A DNA stretch of 64,000 nucleotides. Source: Iphione sp. A-MEVVRFRX5. Lineage: Eukaryota. Position numbers and translations under genes: made by a program. The stretch covers positions 89,590,001 to 89,654,000 of the forward strand of contig OZ320316.1 in assembly GCA_976226885.1 (NCBI GenBank), read 5' to 3'. Of this stretch, positions 52,100-64,000 are shown piece by piece. A model generated the notes under the pieces. It was given only the letters and a program-made list of their open reading frames with translations, did not search any database and was not told where the DNA came from. Numbering within the stretch: the first letter of the stretch is position 1; each line of letters starts with the position of its first letter.

Positions 52100-53030
52100 A
52101 CTGTCCCCTGTTCCAAGCCTGCAAACGTCCCTCATTATAGAAAAATGAGACCAAAGACGTGATCCCCTGCAGAGGTTCTGGGCACAGGCCCTTCGGTTCT
52201 TAGGCCGTGCAGGACAGATATTACGAGTTGGTTCGGCCGGCACGTCTCGTGCAGGGATAAAGAAGGCCTGTGGATAGTTTGACAAAGAGGCTATCAAACT
52301 ATCAGAACAGATTTATGTAACTGGAGGGAATTATGTCGTACGTCATATAGACAATATATATCCAGTTCCTGTTTCATCTAACTGTAACATGAAATTGCTC
52401 CATTAGCATCGTTTGTCTACATAATGCGTTTACTGAAGGACAACTTTTCTTCCGTAACACCGAAATGATGTTTGCTGACCAGAACAGTAAGAGTTTATGC
52501 GTACTGAGGTTTGGCGGGGACGATTTCCTCTGGAGTCTGTAGTTGGACGGCTAGCACTAGATCGGCTCTTTAGTATAAGAAAAATATGTTTGGGGTTTAC
52601 TGGCGGTTTACTGGTATAACGATAGGCAATGGGAGAGGGACACTAGTGACGCTTCGAGGGATTGCCTGAGGCTGTCCTGTCCTAAAGAGGTAGTGTCTCT
52701 CCATTGGTTCAGCAGCGTATCCAGATAAATGGCGTGCTGAGACGGGTGCTCTGTGCTCGGCCCCACGCGGTCAGTGTCATCTAATGACGCCATACATCCC
52801 GCGACCGCATCCATGCGCCCACACGGGAGCCCCCGTAGACCTCCCAATACTGCGAGCCGCCTGAAGAACGCCAAGGTCCTCGCGCCACCTGCAGGTCGTT
52901 TTTCACACCGCTGCCTCCCGTTTGTGTGTCCAGCCCGGACCGTTTGTCGCTGAAGATGAATGGTTTGTGGGAGTCAACAGTGGCAGACCCCCCTTTCCCC
53001 GTAGGATGACACCCATAGCAGACATGATGC
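52100..53030 (-). mobile_element. Degenerate DIRS RNase H region
   Basis: PFIFSDKRSG...VARGPW (IFTDASxxG...ARGxW); locally GC-rich. Confidence 0.3.
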
Positions 53031-53369
53031 AAAGTCCACTGTACCAGCGGCCGGCCCGATTTTGTTTACTGCTATCCTAATATAATGTCCGAGAAGCTGT
53101 CCCAACTGATGGCCACAGAAGAAGCCGGTATTATTGAATGGCAGCTGTGGCATGTATTTTTTATACGCTGCTCGAAGAGCGGCACCTGCTCAATGATACT
53201 ACATGAGAATCCGGTCAGATGATGAGCTCCGTGATATTGCTCACACTAACTGCACTGTCAGCTGGTATGACAAATCGGATAGAACTTCAGAGTGGAAGCT
53301 CTTACAGCTACCTCGGACTTGTTTCAGTTGCTAACACATACTATGCATCGCAACGACAACACTTCCAAA

Positions 53370-54000
53370 AAATGGAGCACGGCCATATATTTGTACTAGC
53401 AGATACCAAACCACTTCCAATGCCTACAACCAGCACCTAAATACCTGCAACCAATGTTTAGAACCTCCATGTGAATATCCGTGACGATCAAACGGTGATT
53501 GTGTAGATACATTATGTACCAGCTATTCATTATGAAAACCGGAACGCCATTGGTGAAAGAACGTAAAGGGTCGTAAGAATGATTTCGCTAGTCACGCAAT
53601 AGTCCCGGGTGATAAAATACTGGACTGTTATTGGTGTGTTCAGCCAGTCATGCCGTCAATACCTGGGCCCAACCGCTTCACTAAGCTAATGGGAACTTAT
53701 TCCCCGTCCACCGGTTAGGATAAAGGTTAGGAAGGTGAAATTAGTGGTCCAGAGACACCACACGTAGACACACACACAACTGACAAAACTTGTACATGTA
53801 TCTTCCAGTTTTTTAGTTGACGAACTTGACGGGAATCGATGTGAGAGAGCAATCAAGAGCACACGCGAAAATCAGGAATGTTTCAGTTAACGTACTGCAG
53901 CAATTTACGCAGTCAAAGTCGTACCGGTTTTCACGCGTCCCATTGAGAACACGAAATGACAATCTGAGTGGACAACCCCTCTCCCAGTCACTAAGTACAG
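53370..54000 (+). mobile_element. Degenerate Gypsy integrase
   Basis: EHGHI (HxGH), TCNQC (CxxC), FASHA (FAxHG), GPNRF (DNGPxF) and GNRCERAIK (53831-53857; NGxAERAVK), collinear. Confidence 0.4.
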
Positions 54001-55088
54001 CTCCATACACAGACCTCCATATGAGCCTCTAAGAGAATATTGATGGCAGTACGTAGTAAATACATTTATTTCATTCCCTCTTTATTCATACACCAGGTTC
54101 TCACAAATGAATGCATAGGACTTGAAAAAGACACGAATCTTCTTAGATTACCCCCAAATTTGATAAACCTACTCGATTTTAGTTTCAAATTGTATTATAC
54201 AGGGTACATGAACATGATATATAGATCTGGATACAAAATGTACATGCGTTTTGATCGCAGAGCACGTTTTTCTCTATGCATCACAGCTATGTTTACTTTG
54301 TAAAGGAAAGAAATCTTGTGAAGAGGCATTTAAGTGAAATGAGGTATGCCCCCTTAAAACTGTCTTGCTCCTTTCGACGTGCGCCCCATACAACTGTGAA
54401 GTAGCGGGTAATGATATTTCCGGGTGAAGGTCTTTTACAGGCTTAAGGCGACTTATGTCTGCGCCTTTCAAGTGCACTTTAAGAATCCTTCAGTACTGAT
54501 ATTCAACGTGCCCTCCAACGGGGACCTCATCAGAGAGCTGTCCCGATGTTGCCAAGACTGTCCAAGCTGTTCGTGTAGCTACTTTGCTATTCGCGAACCG
54601 TGTGCCCACCATAATGCTATTGGTGCACGGACGAACTGTTCATCAAGCAGAGGCGAAAAGGACAGTGAGCCTGTACCGTGTCTAATTGTTCAGTACATTC
54701 TACTTAGCCACTTACCGTTTCGCATAATGCCTGAAACTCGGCAGCCCACCAAAGTAACTATCTGAGCTTGTGGTGTAGGTTTGAGTTTATCAATGCTCAT
54801 TATATTCTGTTTTCCTAATCAAATCTGTTTCAATTAAATGTAGACAGTATTAATGGATGCTATGCTCATGTAAATTAAATCCTGTGATTCGAGCCAAGGA
54901 AACCAAATTGGAAAGCATCCTAGCTTATGTTCACAAATTAAGCAGGTAAATACCCTAGGTATGCATCATGAGTAAATTCAATGGGAAATGAAAATGTCAT
55001 GGCTTGTTAGTTTCTGGAGCAGCTGGACAAAATAAACCTGGCCGAATACAGTAGGTGTTGCATAGCAGCCCTACCTCTAGTAGTTTAA

Positions 55089-55659
55089 GGCTGAGTTCCA
55101 TGTGTCTGATTTCTCCCTGTATGCCGGCCTAACCACGTATGCAGTCCTTGCTCTGTCTGGAACTGTCTGGGAAATCGACCCATGGTGATTATAAAAACAA
55201 AAATTATATTCTCTGGAAGTTATGGGTTTCTTTTTTGGAAATTGAGGCATATTTGTGGAAATTGTGCAGTTTTTTTGGTGGAAATTAAAGTATATTTGTG
55301 GGGATTGTGCGTTCTTTGTGGAAATTATAGTGTATTTGTGGGAACTGTAATTTTTATGTGTCAATGATATCAAAATTAGGTATTTTTTGCATGATCTAAC
55401 GTGTTAGTCTCTTTTCACATACCCTAAGCCTGTGCCTGAGGCAAATTCTCATGTCCTTATCCTACTCAGCTGATTTTGTGTCCCGAGTCTATGGTATAGG
55501 CAAATATATGGACAATACTTGTTTTTAAACATCGGACTCGGGACCCCAGACCCGGACACATGGAAATGGGCCAAGGCATTTCACTTGTACGGTTGTTTTC
55601 TGTGCATAGTCATGTACAAGGGATCCGGATCCTCAATCAGGATACATGGAAACCATGCC
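55089..55659. mobile_element. MITE-like element with PIF/Harbinger-like TIRs and an internal minisatellite
   Basis: TAA|GGCTGAGTTCCATG ... CATGGAAACCATGCC|TTA; array at 55215-55365. Confidence 0.5.
55215..55365 (-). repeat. Minisatellite of the same family as 48645-48815, in the opposite orientation
   Basis: Reverse complement contains ACAAATATGCCTCAATTTCC and AAAAAAACTGCACAATTTCC units. Confidence 0.8.
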
Positions 55660-56977
55660 TTAGAGTTATGTCTGAATGTTAAATCTGTTTGTTCAAATAA
55701 AAGTTAACCTCTACATTTGACGAACCTCTCCGTTGTCAGTATTTTATAATGCTTACGTTGTGTTTAGTAGTTTTCCAAAAATAGGTGTGATATACTGCCT
55801 TTACCGATAATAATTCGGTAATAAGGACATACTCTCACTGCAGTCTCACAAATAATGTGTGCCATGCTTCGTTGATTTTACCCTGGTTTCAATAAGTTTC
55901 TTACCCAGAATTTCATTTGAGAAACGCATTCCCACCTTATAGCCTGACTAGAAACAAGAATCAAAAAGCAAACATTCCGCCTTGTGAACAGACTGCAAAC
56001 ATGCGTCGAAGTCGAAGTAGCATCAACGTTTCTGAGAATCACCTGCATTTGCATAATCCAAAGGATTATTTCAGCAATACTTTGTTCTTATATAACAAAA
56101 GCCCTAGGCCACTCATGGAGACCATGTAAATTTTCTTGTTTTTTTTAGTTACCCAGGTGTCAAAAACTGATGGTTTGGCCATTGAATATGTAAATAGTAT
56201 TAGATTAGGCGGAAGTGATGTGTTTCGCTGTTGTCTTAGATAATACATGTATGTCCTAGGCAATGTGAGATATCAGGGGACGTTTGCCAATATGAAAGAC
56301 TTTCTCTATTCATATCCTTGGGCATAAATGTAGATTGTAGCTTGGTAGTTCCTTCTTTTGGTCTTCGTATCCCCACATGATGACAGTTGTATGTGGGTCC
56401 TCTAACTAAATATCCAAGCTACCAGAGTCTTCTACCTGAGTAGATTCACTTCCAGGAATACACAGGCTCATCAGGTGGGACAGATTAAAAGTGCTCACCC
56501 ATAGAATTTGCCGCTGGTCCTAATCGCCTTCTAAGTGAATTGCTAATAAACGGGGAAATATTTTGTACAGGCTTTCCTTCTATGCCAGTCTTTTATATTT
56601 GACTGCTATATCGTTGGTGATTAGGCATAATAGTATTGGAAAGATTAATGTTTAGGTAAGTTTCATATGACTTTATAGCATGCAGTAGCAATCCACTTAA
56701 AGACGAGACCGGTTAGGGGGATATTTGCTTAATCCTAATTGTTTTCTTTGCATTTAGTATTTATAGAGCACATATAAGTATAGATAGGTTATTTGAAAAG
56801 TGGGGCAGCCTCAGTTAAAGATTAAATTTGGTCAAAATGAAAATTAAATAATACATATCCTATGTACTGAGCAGTGAACTTTTGTTTCAAGTAACACTGA
56901 ATAGAACGCCTAGACAACCAGATGACTGTTTCAGGATCACTAAGTTTTGTAATATTCAGTGTCCATGGAATGACTAA

Positions 56978-58422
56978 GGCCCAGTTTCCATGCATGCAGC
57001 AGTATGCGCTTTTATGCATGTGCATTTGATTGTGGTAAATGCATGACTGAGGTGCTAATTAATTTTCTCACATTTTCTCTGCTTACTGGCGCATACCACT
57101 GCACACCCGGTTTCCATACATGCAATAAACCTTTTGCATTTGAAGTCAAACTAGACACAAGCGGCACTTCATGACCCACACAGATATTCCCAGTGTGTTT
57201 ACATACAACAATACGTTCCATGTGGAAAAATGATAATACCTTTAACAAAGAAAAGGACTCAGTGTCTATTATACAGATATTATCTCTATATATACATACA
57301 TAAACAAGTCAGAGAATATGATCTATACCTCCCGTGATCAGCACATAGCTCTCTCATCATCTCAGCTATGGCCACCCATGTACCACAGGCAAGCTCCACG
57401 TCCTTGTACTGTGGTGGGGCCAGGTTATAGAGAATTTTGTTCAGATGAACCAGCTCAATCAGCTGCTCACTCTGGAGGTGGTCCAGGCAGTTAGACTTTT
57501 TCTTTCAGGTTGACTTGTGGATTTGATGTGCAGACTTGTAGACTTGAAGAATTATGACAGGACAGGTAGCTATGTATACATATATACCCATACAGTGGGG
57601 GAGGTCAGGGGGGAGACATATGCCCTCAGGTAGGCTGAGTCTGAGTGATAGGGTAGGGCTTCTTCTCTGGGGATAAATTTGGAGGGTCACCCAGGTCACA
57701 GTGCATGACAGTACAAGGCTTCATTTACTCATTAGCAATGGGGTCTGGATTCATATTAGTCAGGGATCTGCTCCTGGGAGCTCTTAATGATAAGGTATAT
57801 GGATACACAGGGTGACAGCTCGGAGCTTCTTCCTGGCAGACATTATGAACATTATTTACTCAGCATGTCAACAAAGGTGACTTCTACTGGTCATTAACTT
57901 GACATGTCATGGGAGGTCAGTGCAGGATCTGTCGGGGGTTGGGGTTTGGTTGTTTGGATCTTCAGCCACAACAAAAAATTTTGAAAAGAGGGGAAAAAAA
58001 TATATATTCTAATAAACTTGTAATTGAATATAGTTAAATATAGTTCATGATCAGTGTTTCTGAGGTTTGGTGACTCAGGGGATAAAAAAATACATGTACA
58101 CATGCAATATGCTTTGACAGCTACAGTATGTGAAATCATGGTTACTATGTTTTGATTTTTACGGCCTATGCGTGAGTCACATGACTGACCATGTCAGTGG
58201 CTAAATAAACTTTGTGTCCAGAAGTGTGCAGGAGTGCATGACATTCATGGTCAGGGACTGAAAACGGCAATCGCATGCCAACGCATAGCAATGTATGGCA
58301 AACACATGCATGGAACACCCCCCCCCCTGTTAGAATAAACATAACCATAAAAAACGCATGTCGCCACATGAGCAACACACATGCATGCCAACGTATACCA
58401 CCGCATGTGTGGAAACCAGGCC
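56978..58422. mobile_element. Degenerate inverted terminal pair (PIF/Harbinger-like) enclosing a LINE fragment
   Basis: GGCCCAGTTTCCATGCATGCAGCAGTATGCG versus reverse complement GGCCTGGTTTCCACACATGCGGTGGTATACG: 23/31 identical, all mismatches are transitions; flanks TAA and TCA. Confidence 0.4.
57330..57720 (-). mobile_element. L2/CR1-type LINE C-terminal fragment
   Basis: LGVTL trace, CPVIILQV...AHQI (PxxxLxxLQxVQNxAAR) and LVHLNKILYNLAPPQY (LxYKILxxLAPxYL). Confidence 0.35.
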
Positions 58423-59269
58423 TCACATAGTACTGAAGTGTAGTGGCACAAAGGTGTAGACATAGCTGGTCACGTCCGTGATAGACAACATGAGTGTGTA
58501 ATATATTTGTTATTGTTAGTGATCTATTTGTGAATCTATTATGTTCTATTATATATCCTTGTCGTTCCCTTCTCTCCTATGTTGTCCGTGTCATTCCTTA
58601 TTTACTGGAAGAACTTGTGGGTATACAAGAAGAATGTGAATAAAAACTATTATTATAGTCACTAGGCCGGTGACACGTGAGTGGGGCAAAAAACGCGCGG
58701 TCTAATCGATGGTCTGCTATGTAAGAAAATGTGGGTCTCTTAACAGTGGTCTTTGAGCAAGTAGCCTTACTGGAAATACTGTAGAAAACCATAAAAGCTT
58801 TTGATCCACTTGCTTCCTCAATAGACGTTTTATTGAATGCTAGTTCTATGTGGCAGGTGGTTGGACAAAGGGATTCGTCTCTGGTAATTTGATTGAGCGC
58901 CATACCAACAGACCGTTTCATGACTAATATAACCACTGCATATTATTTGTCTAAGAACGCTAACTTCTAGAGTTGAACTGATAACACCTGCAGCAGCCAC
59001 GAGAGATACACAATTTATTTAATGAATTTTGCTGGTGAAAAAAGTATTCAGGTCTACGAATGAACTCCTCCTGGAACAAAATAGAAAGCCCGTCAGAAGC
59101 TATTCAAGCTTAATGCATATTGTAGTTGTAGCTGTAACATATTGCTGATTTCAGTTCTCATCTACAGGCCAATTTCTAAATCACAATTTAGCTGCTCCGC
59201 AGACGTCAGTGACTGCGGTAATGAAACAAAATCAATTATAGTCATCGCCCAAATGTGTGATGTTTGCCG

Positions 59270-59560
59270 GTTTTCTCCAGGGGCCAGGGACAATTTGAAA
59301 GACCATGTTGGATCCAAATGTGTTTCTTGTCTTACTTCCGAAGCACATCCAATCCCGAACTTCGGTTTTTGCTGACCATTCATTACACAACAAGGACACA
59401 AAGGGAATACGGAAGAACGTGCTATCGAACGGCTGTGGCGCCGTAATGTCAGGACTGTATGATTTATCCGACAGATTCTTCTATACCGATGCCTGACTTA
59501 ATCCCTTGGAGAATAATCCATATCGCTGCCTCGCCCGACATGCCAGATTCACGCTGCATT
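59270..59560 (+). mobile_element. Degenerate Gypsy RNase H fragment
   Basis: DNLKDHV (AFxxLKxxL), PNF and NGCGAVMS (59428-59451; GLGAVLSQ). Confidence 0.35.
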
Positions 59561-60567
59561 ATGTACTTCTCTCCCTTTTCAAGCCTTATCTGAAACATTA
59601 GATGAATTATTCACACTGAAATGAATAGATTTAAATAGTCCCTTTGATTATTACTAGCGTGTGATGGTTAGTATGCTTCCGGTAAGAAAGGAGGCTTATG
59701 TTTGAATTTAATCCGAATAACATATCACATTACGTATTGCATCGTCTTTGATAACAATACCGCAGTGACAAATATAAGAGACGGGTAAAAGGTTAACGAA
59801 GTAGGTTGGCAAACCCCCAAGCGATGCACACTGTAATTTCTGGTGAGCGGGGGAAAACGTCCTTGTTGAAAGTCAAGTAATATTCCATATGGCAGGTTTA
59901 TCGATGTAATTCAGCTTAGGTCTCTAGAGAGGAGGTTTTGCATCAATGAAAGGTGGCGCCACGGTCGCACCTTCTCCGATAGAGCTCTCGTTCCCGTTTT
60001 GTTATCCTATCCATAGAGTAGTATGGAGTATAACGGCTCTTGCGATCAAGGCAAATCATATCGGACATCTTTGTAGTATATCGTATGATTGACGCCCCAG
60101 GTTTTACCTCTATCTACTCTATCCGATCAAAAAGATGATAACTTTCTTATTTTCGTCAATATTTGGTAGATCGTATCGGGATGCATCGCGTATTTCGGGC
60201 AACATTTCATTTATATGCGTGGTTCTGTGTCACTGAGAAACACTGCTTCCAAAACTACAGGACACATACATGTATGGTTTCCGACTCTCTGTGACAGATT
60301 TAATATCATTAAGCACATCTCATAACACAAAAAAACGTCTTTAATGAAGAAAACGTTCAACTAGCCAGAGCTGTCACAGAGGATTAGAGGAAAGGCGCTA
60401 TAGATCCTGACAAATGAAACTGATGTCACGCACGACTTAGCTTTTTATTCCGTCTATCACAGAGTAATAGCGGAGCCCGGTACCACTAGCCCAGCTGTGA
60501 CGTAATGGGGGGACTAATCTGATAAGGAAAGCTCGGCCTGGGAACCAATCAGTTTTGATAGGGCAAT

Positions 60568-60876
60568 GTGATTAAACGTTATTCCGCGGTTTTTCTGCGT
60601 GAAGGAAAGTCTATGAGGCACTGTGGTGTGGGACAAGATAAGCAGGGCTCTACCTTCCCACTAAACACGGATAACACGTACTTAAGGGGTATACATCCGA
60701 AAAATGATCCTCGGAGGGAGGCCGAGGTTCTACTGCGCGACCGGGACAATTACTCACGTGCTGACAAATATGTACAAGACAGATATATCTCACATGAAGT
60801 CTGCTCACCGAAGTCGTGGCTGTATCACACGCGCAGCCGTCAGCGGGAAGAGACAAGACAACTGCTGATGGCATGA
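60568..60876 (+). mobile_element. Possible DIRS RNase H remnant
   Basis: TDNTYLRGIHPK resembles TDNTTxxAYINK; locally GC-rich; weak. Confidence 0.2.
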
Positions 60877-61895
60877 TAGGACGTGTCAGCACCCGTCGTT
60901 CTGCGATCTACATACCATTCCCGTAGGCTCTAGCCAGCAATGGGACATTGTCTCCCTGTCAGGGTCTATCGTCGTCCGGTTGTCAGCTTTGAGCCTTCTC
61001 AAGTCTCACATGCTGGCCAAATCCTTTCATGTAGTTAAGCCCACCCGTGTACAGTTTGGCACCACGGGAGTCAGGTGTATCATAAACGATTCAGGAATTA
61101 TATCGCCGCTAATTATGTGGCAAATTTTTCCGTGCAATCTTTACAGCCAAGACGACAAACCATGACGGTTCAACGTAATAATAAATATTACTTTAGTCAT
61201 TATTTATTATATACATACGTCAGTGTTCGCAGTCATGCAATTTTCACATTGAGTGGATCAAGAGTCTTTTCCCCCATCTGACACGACCGGACGCTATGCA
61301 GGTAAAAAAGCCACCTAAACTCTACACAAAACGGTATTTGTGCGGCCATTTGCTATAATGAAGACTAACATGACCGGTCTGCGTATTATTCATGCGAGGC
61401 AGCACAGAGGCCCAAGTGACAAATCGATCAGGCCGCCGTGATGAAAATACCCACTCGCTCTGTCTGACGCTTTGGTTCAACGGGCATAGCATAATCATGC
61501 ACGCATTCGTGAAAGCGCCTTCAGTTAAAATAGTCATATTCCCTCATAGGACTTTAGCAAACGGTCCCTGGAGAATCGTATGAAGAAAATGAACTTCCTC
61601 CACTCTGAAGTAGTTGAGCGGTTCATTTTCTTAATCACGTTGGAACAACCACTACTTAAAACAGCTACAGCACTCTTGAGATAGAAAGGTTTAAACATTA
61701 TTCTACACCAATCGCTCCCAAAATACCCTTGAATGACATTGCAGAAAAAGGCAGGGCTTTTAGATGTATCGTTTGTGTTTGCAGGGGCCTAGGGAGCGTC
61801 TGTACATAGAAGCTTGCACTGCTGACATTGCTAGGGTTAAGACTGGGCATTTAGCGTAGGGAAAAGTGTTCTAATAATCCGTTTTTCTTTGGCAG

Positions 61896-62216
61896 TAAAT
61901 CTGACTCTCTGGTCATATCTGGCAAGACATCAGTTTCAAGGAAGAATTCAGCTACTCGAGGGTCGAGCGGAAAAGCGGTGGGCAATGCGAAGATTAACGA
62001 CTTGCCACCGATCCCTCCGCCACTTCCACCTCCACCTCCACCTCCACCTCCACCGTTGCCTCCACTCCCAGGAGGCCCACTTGCAGCATCTTTAAAGTCA
62101 GCCCCCTTACCTTTACAGTTCCGTGAAGGTAAACAGGGAATCGCTGGAATAGCCGAAGATGCAACAAAGAACGATGAGTCGGAGGAAGAAATTGATCTTG
62201 TGGATAAAAATAACCG
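61896..62216 (+). CDS. Candidate internal coding exon of a host gene encoding a polyproline segment
   Basis: Acceptor GTTTTTCTTTGGCAG|, donor CG|GTAGGT, 321 nt, phase 2-2, open: KSDSLVISGK...PPIPPPLPPPPPPPPPPLPPLPGGPLAASLKSAPL...DESEEEIDLVDKNN. No TE motif recognised. Confidence 0.55.
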
Positions 62217-64000
62217 GTAGGTCAGCGTGACTGTGCTCGACTGTTGGCTTTGTGTTTCTTTCTATTAATAATGTAGTCTAGATCACGCTGATAAAGTATT
62301 TAAAACGGGAGATCCCCTATCGCTTTTATCTTTCTTTCTGTGGATTTACGTTAATCTGGGTATCCAGCTAGGTTTTAAGTCTGTCGTCTGAAAAAAACTA
62401 ATGTTTACCTGCGATACTACTTTCATTTTATCGACATTTACTAACAGAGTTAACAATATATTGAAAGCGTTTCTATACTTTCAAAAGTTATCTTCCTGCA
62501 CCAAGTCAACTTCAAGAGAGTGCAAAGAGCATGTACATGTATACGTCTATCTACACGAAATACATTACCTAATCGGTCAGGAGGAGAATAATAATCCATT
62601 AAAAAGAAAATTGTCTCTTACGCATCCGACGAACCTCATACAAAACCCAATTGTGCATTCCTTTCATAGCGAGATTAGGCAAATAGTTACATGAACGATA
62701 CCTCAATATTAATGCACTACTGATTATCGTTCTTGACAAAATGACGCTGTTTTGCCTCCTGGATGATCAAGACACTGGCTAAGGTTGGAGATAATTTAAG
62801 GTTAAAATCTCGACGCCTATACAAATAAACCATTGAAATATTTATTGGCAGCCTCCTGTGAGATACATTTCTTATCCAACTCTGGCAGACTCCATCAGCT
62901 ATCACATACAATCGGATTGGAATATGATTCACACGTACGGCGTCGTGGAATGAATGCAGCAATAACTACCACCGGGATGATCACCGGCACGAGATGCAGA
63001 TGCAGCCATACCTTATTCTTTCCAACCAATGAGGTGGTCGACCAATCCCATTGCAGCGCACTTATCTAATGAATGTACTCGTCCATTATAAAGCTCATAT
63101 GCATTGCAAGTTAACCCTTGAACCGTGCAGCATACTAATGCATTGGATGGTCACGAAACATAGTTTGGCCTGCATCATTCAGTTTATGTCCATATACAGG
63201 GGGGCAGTCCGGAGTCACTTATAATATTCTATCCTGTTATTGGATGATAAGCGGTGTATAACTGCATATTGCTCTACCTAGATCACCAATCTTGTAACAT
63301 GGTGTGGGACGGAGTCTCCTAAAACAGATTTGTAAATCATTTACCCCAGAAATACTTGCATCTTCTCTGTGAACCGGGACGTGACATGGGCATACAATAA
63401 TGTCCTGAACTGGAGAGATTTTTTAGTTATACTGTGATTCGTATAATTGTCTACGCTGACATATCAGGTCGCATCAACCGATAAAAGTGGTGAAAACACC
63501 CTTTCCTGTATACTACTTACACAAACAAACTTCAGGTTAACCATCTTTACGATCACACGTTTCTTTCCCCTACCTAGCCTAGTAGAAGAAATAGCAACTA
63601 GGCACTAATAACAGAGCAGTCAAAGATACGTATGAAATATTGATGGTGGTTGATGCTTTCCCATTAGTGCGGGTTAACTCCCAATGTAGGTGCCACACCG
63701 TCAACTGCACGATCAGCTATCATTAGGGGTTCATTCTTCGGTCGTCACGGCTACGGCAACCATATGACTGTGCTCTTGTCCAGTCTATCCATCGAGCATG
63801 TCTACTATCACGTGACTGGTCGGGAGTAATCATGGCGCCCATGTTACGATTTAGTTGCTTTGCTTGGGAACGGTCACAAGGGGTCCCCTGAATGAAGAAA
63901 GGCTACGATTAGCAGCGTCATGGGAGATTGGCGAAGGATCGTAGTGCGTTTAGTATGTTTTTAACCGCATGAAAAAAGAGCTTAATGAGTTGTGACATCA

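Noticed and set aside
54716-54730. 15-nt minus-strand microexon candidates here and near 8666-8680
   Set aside because: Short pyrimidine tracts; within chance expectation for GTAAGT hexamers in 64 kb.
56645-56665. Third plus-strand TTTAG|GTAAGT fusion
   Set aside because: Almost no pyrimidine tract, so not counted as a recursive-site candidate.
59565-59624. Terminal-exon-like LSETLDELFTLK* after a pyrimidine tract
   Set aside because: AAG acceptor, and it directly follows a Gypsy RNase H remnant.
393-63069. The many 60-120 aa ORFs in the supplied track
   Set aside because: Most use alternative starts, overlap each other or TE remnants, or translate microsatellites; they are consistent with random ORFs and were not called as genes.

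Overview
Eukaryotic, very probably metazoan, DNA that is AT-rich overall and dominated by old transposable-element (TE) debris. I found no rRNA, CRISPR array, operon or intact tRNA. The only long intact ORF (1555-3822, +) is a 5'-truncated CR1-group (L2/Crack-like) LINE ORF2 with a complete 3' end (stem-loop, AATAAA, (TTCAA)n tail). A degraded Tigger/pogo transposase lies at about 35.6-37.3 kb (-). Frameshifted remnants of Penelope-like, Gypsy, DIRS/Ngaro and several other LINE types, plus PIF/Harbinger-like MITE termini and micro/minisatellites, fill much of the rest. The best host-gene candidate is a 321-nt, phase 2-2, polyproline-encoding exon at 61896-62216 (+); I cannot name the gene. The most unusual signals are strong AG|GTAAG acceptor-donor fusions resembling recursive splice sites (676 and 21940), an NF-Y/TATA cluster beside a tRNA-iMet PBS-like 10-mer (13.0-13.4 kb), a hairpin with permuted motif order inside a Penelope RT remnant (24.2 kb), and MITE-like units enclosing minisatellite arrays. 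All degenerate-TE calls are by-eye matches to remembered family motifs, not database searches, and their boundaries are approximate. I cannot support a clearly new biological system from the sequence alone.
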